Shown: positions 8,656-16,492, counted from the stretch's first letter. The stretch is DNA of 22,946 nt from Candidatus Borrarchaeum weybense (GCA_019057385.1 JAHQJS010000001.1:51825-74770), one strand, 5' to 3'. Translations and numbers: made by a program. The notes: generated by a model from the sequence alone, not told the origin.

Positions 8656-8966
8656 ATGTCTTCTACTTCAGCCTCACCCTTCTTGAGTAGTTCTTCTTCA
8701 TTCGCAGCCAAATCGTTCAAAAGCTTCTGGAATTCTCCAACATGAACGCGTTCTTCGTCCGCTATACTCAGTAAAACTTTCTTGACCTTTTCATTGTCTG
8801 TAGCATCTGCGTGTGCTTGATAAAGATGAGTAGCTTCTTCTTCAGCTGCTAAGTCAAGTCTGAGCGCTCTTATTAATTCAGCGTCTGTCATCTTCCTTGG
8901 AGGAACCATCCCGCTAAAAGGATTTACAAATGCTGCTTCATGTAGCTTTTCTATAAGTTCGTGCAT
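8652..8966 (-). CDS. Ferritin-like protein of the short encapsulin-associated / rubrerythrin half-domain type
   Basis: FVNPF..., ELIRALRLDLAAEEEATHLY and IADEERVHVGEF give the E..A...Y and EExxH di-iron half-sites of EncFtn/Flp-type proteins. Confidence 0.88.
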   Translation of the reverse strand: MHELIEKLHEAAFVNPFSGMVPPRKMTDAELIRALRLDLAAEEEATHLYQAHADATDNEKVKKVLLSIADEERVHVGEFQKLLNDLAANEEELLKKGEAEVEDI

Positions 8967-8967
8967 A

Positions 8968-9549
8968 TCACATCCCTTTATAATCCTTTATATAGTCCAC
9001 TGTTTCCTGAGGAGCCTTATCTATTCCTAAGGTATTCAAATTCCCCGCACCCCAGTTATAAGCTGCCAGCCTATTTTCTACAGTATCCTCAATTCCAAAA
9101 TGTTTAAGTAGTCGTGGAATTTCCACATTCATATAATAATTAGCAACGGCAGTATTTTTATCTGCATCATGAGCTTCTTCCCAAGTCCAATCTTCGCCCA
9201 TCTTTTTAACCATCTGCTCCCAAGTAGGTCTCATGATCTGATATAAGCCTCTCGCTCCTTTAGGTGAATCAGGAGTATCCGGATCATTTCTAGACTCAAT
9301 CCAAGCGATCTTGGACATATCGATAGAAACTTTAGATATCTCTTTTGGTGCAGTAATAACAGGTTTCTCAACAGGTTTCTCAACTGAACTAGCAGGTTTT
9401 TCTGCTGTTCCCTTCCATAAACCTAAACCAGCAGCAGCTCCACCTATAAGTCCAGTAGCAGCAGCCGTTCTAAGAGTTTTCTTTATATCCAACTCATTAA
9501 CCGCCTCTTCTTTTGTGGCAGCCAAAGTTTTCTCAAGAAGTTCATACAT
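8968..9549 (-). CDS. Lytic transglycosylase (SLT domain) with an N-terminal hydrophobic segment
   Basis: SLT motifs IES (catalytic Glu), GARGLYQIMRPT, LAAYNWGAG and ETVDY. Confidence 0.93.
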   Translation of the reverse strand: MYELLEKTLAATKEEAVNELDIKKTLRTAAATGLIGGAAAGLGLWKGTAEKPASSVEKPVEKPVITAPKEISKVSIDMSKIAWIESRNDPDTPDSPKGARGLYQIMRPTWEQMVKKMGEDWTWEEAHDADKNTAVANYYMNVEIPRLLKHFGIEDTVENRLAAYNWGAGNLNTLGIDKAPQETVDYIKDYKGM

Positions 9550-9550
9550 T

Positions 9551-9958
9551 TTAGTGACTCGGATAATAAAAGCCTACCGCAACATCCTCAACTCCGCCCT
9601 CACGGTTGATTCTTATCGTGAGTGATTCAGCGGCATATCCCGATCCAGGAAGCCAATCTATATGCCAGTCAACCGCGTCGAAGTCAAAAAGCACTTCTAT
9701 AGTATCCACATGATTATCTTCAGCATCAACTATCTCTACATCAAACTCAACTCTTCCTCGTGGAGTAACTGTTATGTCCTTTATGCCCCAGTCTCGATAC
9801 TCAATTTCGATATCATATGATATGCGAATACTATCCGGACTCTGCTCTTCTTCGCCATCTTTCAAACCATCAACATAAACAGAAACAGTATCAACGTTTA
9901 TACTATAGTTTTCGTCAGCTTCATTCAGGTTTGATAATTTTTCAACAATCTCTCGCAT
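9551..9958 (-). CDS. Acidic hypothetical protein
   Basis: 135 aa, about 33 D/E versus 10 K/R by hand count; coupled to its neighbours. Confidence 0.8.
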   Translation of the reverse strand: MREIVEKLSNLNEADENYSINVDTVSVYVDGLKDGEEEQSPDSIRISYDIEIEYRDWGIKDITVTPRGRVEFDVEIVDAEDNHVDTIEVLFDFDAVDWHIDWLPGSGYAAESLTIRINREGGVEDVAVGFYYPSH

Positions 9959-12351
9959 TATTCTTCCTTTACGATGACCATGAACTTCTTTGGATCTTCC
10001 TCATCCGTTACAACCTGACCCTTTTCTTTCCGAGCGATTTCTTCAGCATTAGCCTTATCTTCAATTCCCTTAGCTATAGTTGAAAAAGTTTGCTCATCTA
10101 CTTTATCTTCACTAACAAGCCCGGCGAATTTCGCATTCAAAGTCCGAGCAAGCTCTTTTCCCTTTTTTGTAAGTTTATCTAAATCAGGATCGGTATCTAC
10201 CTCTATCTTCTCTCCTTTTGGTAGTTCGACGATGCTAAGATTAAAAACATCTGAGTCTATTTTGCTTCTTGAAATCTCAATAACTACTTGTGATTCCACA
10301 TCAGCTTCAATCTCTTTTTGCCTCATCTCTTTTTCTTCCAACTCAGACCTCATCGGAATCGCTCTGTTTTTCTCCACCCAGTTAGCTTGATAATCAGTGA
10401 ATACGCGAATCTTTTTCCCCGCCACGTTCTGCGGACGAAAAGCAGAAACCGGATCTCCTTTTTTATCTAATAAAGGATTGCTCCAGAGTTGATTATGCTC
10501 ATACTTAAATGTTAAATCCCAATCCTCTTCCTTCTCGTTAGTTGTAGCTGCAAGATAAGGTTTCATAGCCTTAGTAAGAAGGATATGTTTTAGATACACT
10601 ATTCTAAAATCTTGTATATCATCAAAATCAGCTATTGCTGCGTCGACTCCAGCCTTGGTTAACTCATCAACCATCTGCTCATCGGATGGCCATTCATTCG
10701 GGATAACTCCATCCTCAAGGGCTTTATATAGCGCCGCTTGCTCTTCTTTTTCTATTCCAGGTACTTCGCCAACTAACTCGCGAATCCCCTCCTTGAGGCT
10801 TGACTCAAAAGGGGCATCATCCCCCTCTTTACTTCCTTTCTTCGGTTCTTCTGTAATTGGTCCTTCAACTTTAATATCCTCTCTAGATGGACGCTTGGCT
10901 TCTCTTTCAGCATGAGCTTTATCAAAGGCCATAACCGTTGTAGATTCTTCTTTTCCAGTACTCTTATTTTTCCAGGTTACCTTAAAAGGTTCTTTTGTTT
11001 GACCAGCGGCTAAGTCGGAATCTCTTCCCTCCATAGCTCTCTCAATTTTTTCGACAGAGATAATTTCAGCTGACGGATTTTTATCTTCAACAAACTGCTT
11101 CGCATCCTCTTCATCAAAGGCCATGACCTTATCCTCTTTTTCCTTCTCCCCATCCTTAAAAACTACTTTGAAGGGCTTCTTGAAAAAGTGAACAGTTCCT
11201 TTCTCCTCTTGAGTTATTCTTTCGGTATTCTCACTATCGCACTCAGTACACTTTGATTCATTACTTCGGAAAGTTCTGCAGCACTCATTACATAACCAAA
11301 GTGGTTTTTGTCTGCTCACAAAAGAAAATTTAGAATCTTTAACTCCTCTGGCCAGGAGCAAGTTTCGAACATCTGGAGCGGACATTTTTCCTTTTGAAGA
11401 TTTTGCAGCTTTCTGAACAGCTTGCTCCCTTGTCATTTGACTTTCTTCTCTGGCTTTCCTATAAACTTTTATCACAGCATCTTCTAGAGTATCCACCTGC
11501 TCCATGGCCGCACCAAAAAGCCCTCTTTCTTTCATCTCATCTTCATATGCTTTTAGCACTTCCTCAGACTGAGTGATAAGTTCAGCATGTGCTTTGTCCG
11601 CCTTCCAAAGCTCAAGAGATCTACGAGCATTAGAATGAAGTTTTTTGAGTTCATCATCAGAAATATCCTTAATTCCTTCTATTACAGATTCCTTCTTTGG
11701 TTTAACCACCTTATCCGGTTCTATTTTTAACTCATCATCCTCAACGGGTTTGATAACATCTTCAGCATCTTTGGGTTTCTTTTTTGGCTTTTCGAGATCC
11801 TCTTTTGAGAGATCCTCCATATGAGAATCTTCAGCTTTAACATCTGGCTCCTCCTGAGGCTTCATAGTTTGCTCAGCATCTTCAGCTTCATTAGTTGTAG
11901 ATTCTCTTGGTGGAATACCTAAAGTTTCTCCCGGAGCTACGTCCTCTACATGTCCGCATTTTAGGCATTTGATCTTGCCTTCTATTTCAGCTGTCTTCCC
12001 AGATCCACACCTAACACATCTATACTTCTCATTGACTTCAGAATCCTTCAACTCACTTGCACATACATTAGTAATGACAAAACCATCTTCAAACATTATG
12101 CTATAGCGAGCCACTTCTTCTCCAACGGATTCAACAACTTCAGCTACAGATTCGTTATGATTCAGCCTGCTTGCATGCTCATCAGCTCCAAGTGTTCTAA
12201 CAAGGTCAGAATTATTAAGACCAGAGCCAAACATATTATAGACTACTTTATCGCCCTTCTTAAATGAGCCTCTTTCTTCATCTATATCCGGGGTTGTGGA
12301 TTCCCGAATTTTGCCCAGTAGGTTAAGTACATCCTCATCTTTTGGATACAT
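9958..12351 (-). CDS. Large modular Glu/Lys-rich protein (SH3-like module, two Zn ribbons, internal repeat); probable internal head protein
   Basis: 797-aa ORF with CVRC..CLKC, CNEC..CTEC and a duplicated PFKV.[FW]K....E...VMAFD...A unit; SD GGAG. The function is inferred. Confidence 0.75.
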   Translation of the reverse strand: MYPKDEDVLNLLGKIRESTTPDIDEERGSFKKGDKVVYNMFGSGLNNSDLVRTLGADEHASRLNHNESVAEVVESVGEEVARYSIMFEDGFVITNVCASELKDSEVNEKYRCVRCGSGKTAEIEGKIKCLKCGHVEDVAPGETLGIPPRESTTNEAEDAEQTMKPQEEPDVKAEDSHMEDLSKEDLEKPKKKPKDAEDVIKPVEDDELKIEPDKVVKPKKESVIEGIKDISDDELKKLHSNARRSLELWKADKAHAELITQSEEVLKAYEDEMKERGLFGAAMEQVDTLEDAVIKVYRKAREESQMTREQAVQKAAKSSKGKMSAPDVRNLLLARGVKDSKFSFVSRQKPLWLCNECCRTFRSNESKCTECDSENTERITQEEKGTVHFFKKPFKVVFKDGEKEKEDKVMAFDEEDAKQFVEDKNPSAEIISVEKIERAMEGRDSDLAAGQTKEPFKVTWKNKSTGKEESTTVMAFDKAHAEREAKRPSREDIKVEGPITEEPKKGSKEGDDAPFESSLKEGIRELVGEVPGIEKEEQAALYKALEDGVIPNEWPSDEQMVDELTKAGVDAAIADFDDIQDFRIVYLKHILLTKAMKPYLAATTNEKEEDWDLTFKYEHNQLWSNPLLDKKGDPVSAFRPQNVAGKKIRVFTDYQANWVEKNRAIPMRSELEEKEMRQKEIEADVESQVVIEISRSKIDSDVFNLSIVELPKGEKIEVDTDPDLDKLTKKGKELARTLNAKFAGLVSEDKVDEQTFSTIAKGIEDKANAEEIARKEKGQVVTDEEDPKKFMVIVKEE

Positions 12352-12352
12352 T

Positions 12353-12796
12353 CTACTTCTCCTCTTTTTCCATAGGTATTAAATCAACACTCTCCCCGTC
12401 GATATTTGTCCATTTCCCAGTTTTGCCGGTATTCTCCCAATCAATAAGATCCTTCACGCGGTCACTTATCTTCTTATCTCTCGACCAATGAGCTACATGA
12501 TGTTTTCGACCATCCTTCATCACCGGCCTATAACAAATAGGTAGATCGGAAAATCTTAGATTAAGCAATTTGTGGATGCTTCTGGGAACAGAACCTGCGG
12601 AGAGTATGAATCCAAGAATTTCCTGAGCCTTCTTATCTTTAGGTAGTATTTTCTTCCCTTGTTCTGAGGCAACATCAAACAAATTATCCACGCCAGTCGC
12701 TGGAACTGAGGCGGAATAATCACCTAAAGTTTTGAGTAATTTCTGGTATAGGCTCACATCTCGAGCTTCTCGAATTTGCTTAAGTATGTTATCCAT
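12353..12796 (-). CDS. Hypothetical protein with leader MDNILKQIREA
   Basis: 147 aa; SD AGAGGA. Confidence 0.75.
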   Translation of the reverse strand: MDNILKQIREARDVSLYQKLLKTLGDYSASVPATGVDNLFDVASEQGKKILPKDKKAQEILGFILSAGSVPRSIHKLLNLRFSDLPICYRPVMKDGRKHHVAHWSRDKKISDRVKDLIDWENTGKTGKWTNIDGESVDLIPMEKEEK

Positions 12797-12867
12797 TGCT
12801 ATTCCTCTAACAATCCTTCATACAATCTTCTACGTTCCAACGTATATATGTTAACTATAAGATATGA

Positions 12868-13755
12868 TTACTTAGTCATATCCTCTATAACTTCGTAAAG
12901 TGTACCGAAAAAGTCGGTATTGAATTTCTCGTCACTCGGATATAATACTCTCCCAACTCTCTTAACAGAAGACACCCGTTTCTCTACCTCATCTAAAACA
13001 TGTTCGCTATCTACATAAATAGACTCGGAGACCATAAAAGAGGTATCGACAGCAGCTTCAAAAATTAACGGGATATCATGAAATTTGCTTTTTATTCTAG
13101 TTCCATAGATGTTATCATAGCCTTTGAATACCTCATGGGCACTTAACGGCCTGCCACTATCTATATCATCGATAAGCATCTCCATGTTGCCTTTATCTTC
13201 ACCATAGACATATAAGAGACCACTGGATAACTTCTGAGAATCCTTCTCTTTATTTTCAAATCTTATAGCAACTTTGTCTTCATTGGTTACAAACTCAGAT
13301 ACTCCAAAACGACTTGCCCAAACTTTTATTGTTTTGTCCAAGGAAGAAAATCTTTGCTCATTGAGCATCTCAGTTATAACCGGCTTCAAATCATCACGAA
13401 GCTTTTCAAGATCATCCTCCATAGCTTCGTTCAAGAGATCTTTTAAATTTAGGTATGAATCATCATCCAACTTTCCTGAGAACATTTCTTGGAAAGCTTC
13501 CCAGTGCTCTTTTGGAACGATGATCCTTAGAGCGTCTTCAATTCTAATATCCTTATTCCCATTGTCATCTTCCAATATTTCTAAACCCCATTTCCACTTC
13601 TGTCTCGATAAGTCTTTAACTTTAGTTCTGATAGCTCCCAAGTGAGCTGGAATAAAAGTTATGGCGTCCATTGTAGTGGCTTCGATGAGTTTTATTCTCC
13701 TATGAATCTCAACCTGCCCCAACTCGTCACACATATCAAAGTATTCTCTTGTCAT
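12868..13755 (-). CDS. Hypothetical protein
   Basis: 295 aa, TAATG-coupled to the upstream gene; SD GAGG. Confidence 0.8.
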   Translation of the reverse strand: MTREYFDMCDELGQVEIHRRIKLIEATTMDAITFIPAHLGAIRTKVKDLSRQKWKWGLEILEDDNGNKDIRIEDALRIIVPKEHWEAFQEMFSGKLDDDSYLNLKDLLNEAMEDDLEKLRDDLKPVITEMLNEQRFSSLDKTIKVWASRFGVSEFVTNEDKVAIRFENKEKDSQKLSSGLLYVYGEDKGNMEMLIDDIDSGRPLSAHEVFKGYDNIYGTRIKSKFHDIPLIFEAAVDTSFMVSESIYVDSEHVLDEVEKRVSSVKRVGRVLYPSDEKFNTDFFGTLYEVIEDMTK

Positions 13756-14153
13756 TACCTCACCCTAACTAGATCTAAAAATTCTTTCCAACTGCTGCCT
13801 TCTTTTCCTTTTCTCGGATGTTTATATTCAAAGAAAAACTTATCCTCATTTTTAGCTAATTTATACAAAGATTTAATTTGACTTTCACTAGGCATTACAG
13901 AAAACATCACATCCATCTCTGACCGGGGCTCGTTTAGTAACCAACGGATATTCCCTCTATTTAAAAATTCATCATAAGCTAGACCAGGATTACCAGACCA
14001 ACCTTCTTTCTCCAATGCCTCCAAGGCATAAGTATCATGATCCCCTATCACATATTGAGGAATCTCTTCAATTCTACCATCAGAAAGAACGTAACCTCCT
14101 CTTTTGAAATACGTCCACTGCTCACACAAACATTTCTCAAGAAGTTCAAACAT
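13755..14153 (-). CDS. Hypothetical protein with leader MFELLEKCLCE
   Basis: 132 aa; GGYVLSDG..H..GNIRW pattern; coupled on both sides. Confidence 0.75.
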   Translation of the reverse strand: MFELLEKCLCEQWTYFKRGGYVLSDGRIEEIPQYVIGDHDTYALEALEKEGWSGNPGLAYDEFLNRGNIRWLLNEPRSEMDVMFSVMPSESQIKSLYKLAKNEDKFFFEYKHPRKGKEGSSWKEFLDLVRVR

Positions 14154-15001
14154 TAGAAAAGCTCTTCCTCTGGAGGTCGTTCTCTCTTTCTTGGAGTTTC
14201 TACCTCTGGTTCTTCTTCAGGTTTTTCCGGTTCTCTTTCTGGACGCCTTCTGAGACGTTTTCCAGGTTTTCGTTTCGGCTTTTTTCTAACTTTCTTTTTC
14301 GGCTTTTCTTCTTCCTCTTCTTCTGGTTCCTCTAGCTCTTCCGGTTCTTCTGGTACTCCTGCTCGCCGTTTTCTTAAAGCTGCGGCCGCTCGTTTAACCC
14401 AACCAAACTCTTCTTTTGCTTCATCCTCCCACTCGCGTATTTCTTTACCGTAGAAATCCCGAAGCCACTTTGCCATTGTACTTCCATAGAATGGAAAGGC
14501 CTTGAGCAATCTGTCTAAGTGCTTACAAACCATTCCATATTGTCTTGGATTTCTGACTTTTGGAGGACGCGTCTCCTTCCTTGTATACTTAGCATCATAT
14601 TTGCCCAAACTCCTTATATAGTGACCACCCCAGTAAAGGTCTGCCGGGCAAGAGCAGAATAATTGAATATCCGCCCTATTCATAAATTCCTTGGCCAGCT
14701 TTCTCAGGTCAACTCTTGATTTGTCTGCAGTCCAAAACCTTCTATCCTTGACCAATCTTTCTAATGTTGGTTTCACATTCTTAAAGTGGATATATCCATC
14801 ATACCAGACATCATCTTTTGTCCCACTATGCAGCCTAAACTTCCAAGTCTCTGGATCTTGATCATCAAGACGAATGCCTCCCTTATCTTCTACTCCCTTT
14901 GTCTTTTTGTCGAAGTCGGGAAAGAGTCGTTTTATGGATCGATGCTTCCTTAAAATATCACTAGCGGTAGCTTCTACTAATTTATCTATTAAATCAATCA
15001 T
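14153..15001 (-). CDS. SWIM-like zinc-finger protein with a charged low-complexity tail
   Basis: CxC...CKH (FCSCPA...RNP...GMVCKHL); the C-terminus alternates poly-Glu and Lys/Arg blocks. Confidence 0.75.
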   Translation of the reverse strand: MIDLIDKLVEATASDILRKHRSIKRLFPDFDKKTKGVEDKGGIRLDDQDPETWKFRLHSGTKDDVWYDGYIHFKNVKPTLERLVKDRRFWTADKSRVDLRKLAKEFMNRADIQLFCSCPADLYWGGHYIRSLGKYDAKYTRKETRPPKVRNPRQYGMVCKHLDRLLKAFPFYGSTMAKWLRDFYGKEIREWEDEAKEEFGWVKRAAAALRKRRAGVPEEPEELEEPEEEEEEKPKKKVRKKPKRKPGKRLRRRPEREPEKPEEEPEVETPRKRERPPEEELF

Positions 15002-15636
15002 TGTGTACTAAGTAAATCTCCACTCAGTAATATTCTAAAGTTTTGTGTCTTTCCAATATCCGTGATTGCTACGTCTTGGATTTTTAAGCCCCATCCATCT
15101 GAGGCGTTTCTAACTGATTCTAAAAGTTTATTTTTTAACTCATCCAAACTGGATTTTAGCTCATCCAAGGTATGCTGACGGACATAATCACAAACCACGC
15201 CTAAGACCACATTTTGAAGACTCTGGTCGTAATCATGAACCTCCAGAAGAGCTTTCATGGCATTCTTAACATAATATCTGATAGATGTACCAACAGTTAC
15301 ATCATGACCATCTTTTGTCCAAACTGATTGAGCTCTAATATCCTTTACTTGCGTTTTAGTTTTGCATGTTTCATATTCCATTATCCAAGGAATTATCCAA
15401 TACCATCCTCCTGCCTTTGTTTCAGTAAGCCAGGTATTTTCATGTTTTACTCTTGGATGCCAAGGCTTCATCGCCCATGGCTTTTTGATCCATGTCCATC
15501 TAATCCAAGGCCAGTAATCCCACGGCCATCCTTTCCAAGGTTTTGGTACCTGCCTAAAGCCAGCTTCATCATCTCGGATAATAGCGGGCCTTGGAATAAA
15601 TCCTGTTATTGTTTCTAATAAAGATATGACCCACAT
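14998..15636 (-). CDS. SPFH / Band 7 domain protein with a Trp/Pro-rich insertion
   Basis: GWYWIIPWI, QSVWTKDGHDVTV...IRYYV, WGLKIQDVAITDI are typical SPFH elements. No clear SD. Confidence 0.85.
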   Translation of the reverse strand: MWVISLLETITGFIPRPAIIRDDEAGFRQVPKPWKGWPWDYWPWIRWTWIKKPWAMKPWHPRVKHENTWLTETKAGGWYWIIPWIMEYETCKTKTQVKDIRAQSVWTKDGHDVTVGTSIRYYVKNAMKALLEVHDYDQSLQNVVLGVVCDYVRQHTLDELKSSLDELKNKLLESVRNASDGWGLKIQDVAITDIGKTQNFRILLSGDLLSTQ

Positions 15637-15664
15637 AATATTTCAAAAATTCCGAAAAATTTCT

Positions 15665-15692
15665 TTGAGTACAAACCATCATTTTGTATAAT
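15665..15692 (+). promoter_or_regulatory. Sigma70-type promoter antisense to the structural operon
   Basis: TTGAGT (15665-15670), 16-nt spacer, TATAAT (15687-15692); A/T tracts upstream; located in the largest intergenic gap of the window. Confidence 0.5.
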
Positions 15693-15759
15693 TACTTATG
15701 AATGGTTAAAATCAACGCCCCTCTTATATTTTGAGAAAGTTAAGGATGACGTCCACCTG

Positions 15760-15806
15760 TAGGCGAAAGTTTACCCCCAGCTTTCGCCTATCTTTATTTT
15801 CTTTTC
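15760..15806 (+). terminator. Intrinsic terminator-like hairpin, U-tract on the + strand
   Basis: Perfect 10-bp stem TAGGCGAAAG (15760-15769) / CTTTCGCCTA (15781-15790), followed by TCTTTATTTTCTTTT. No U-tract follows it on the minus strand. Confidence 0.6.
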
Positions 15807-16483
15807 ATCATGATTACCCATCTGCAATCCCTGGCGAGTCTTGCTTGCAAGTCCTTTACTTCTTCTCTTCCTTCGTCAATCATAGCCTGGCCATCAATAG
15901 GAGTATCAATAATAGCTGTCTTCCTCAAAGTATTTCCTTCTATCTGCTTTACTAACGCCTTAGCGTAATAAAGCACCCAATCCAGGATGTATTCATTTGT
16001 TACATTCTCGTTACTTAGAATCCTTTTCGTTCCAATTACAAATAAACTTGAAACATTGTTTGGAACGTTAATGGCGTAAACATATCCTCCGGTTGTAGGA
16101 TCATCTGACTTCTGCCAATGAAATCTAAAGTTTGTTCCTACATATATTCTGTAGTTTCGGAAAGCTTCAGACATCATAATCAAGTCGGTAGTAACATTAT
16201 CCAAAACGGTTATACCAGTTAATGTCCAAAGAGGATGATCGTTCCAAATCCAAGTAGTTGCCTGCGTCGGAATAACATCTACAACGGATTTAAATTCTGG
16301 ATCAATTTGAACTCTCTTAGTGCCAGCGGCGTAGTCATATACACCCGATATCTTAAATGCTGAATGAGTATTCCAATATCTAACAGCGTTATCAACTTGT
16401 TGAAGGAGAGTATTCGTAGGAGATATTAAAGTTAGTGGCTTAAATTCTTCCACTATCCAGCTAACCATTTCAGTTCTATTCAT
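15794..16483 (-). CDS. Neck / head-tail adaptor protein (T4 gp13-like)
   Basis: C-terminal DWVLYYAKALVKQIEGNTLRK...IDGQAMIDEGREEVKDL matches the gp13-type ending; N-terminal VDNAVRYW; SD GGAG. Confidence 0.8.
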   Translation of the reverse strand: MNRTEMVSWIVEEFKPLTLISPTNTLLQQVDNAVRYWNTHSAFKISGVYDYAAGTKRVQIDPEFKSVVDVIPTQATTWIWNDHPLWTLTGITVLDNVTTDLIMMSEAFRNYRIYVGTNFRFHWQKSDDPTTGGYVYAINVPNNVSSLFVIGTKRILSNENVTNEYILDWVLYYAKALVKQIEGNTLRKTAIIDTPIDGQAMIDEGREEVKDLQARLARDCRWVIMMKRK

Positions 16484-16492
16484 TTGCTCTCC

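Noticed and set aside
8652-8966. Cellular encapsulin operon
   Set aside because: The shell gene in this window is a gp23-like phage capsid accompanied by protease, neck and contractile tail genes.
12797-12867. 71-nt AT-rich gap as a promoter or mini-ORF
   Set aside because: It could hold a late promoter, but I found no consensus or repeated motif that supports a call.
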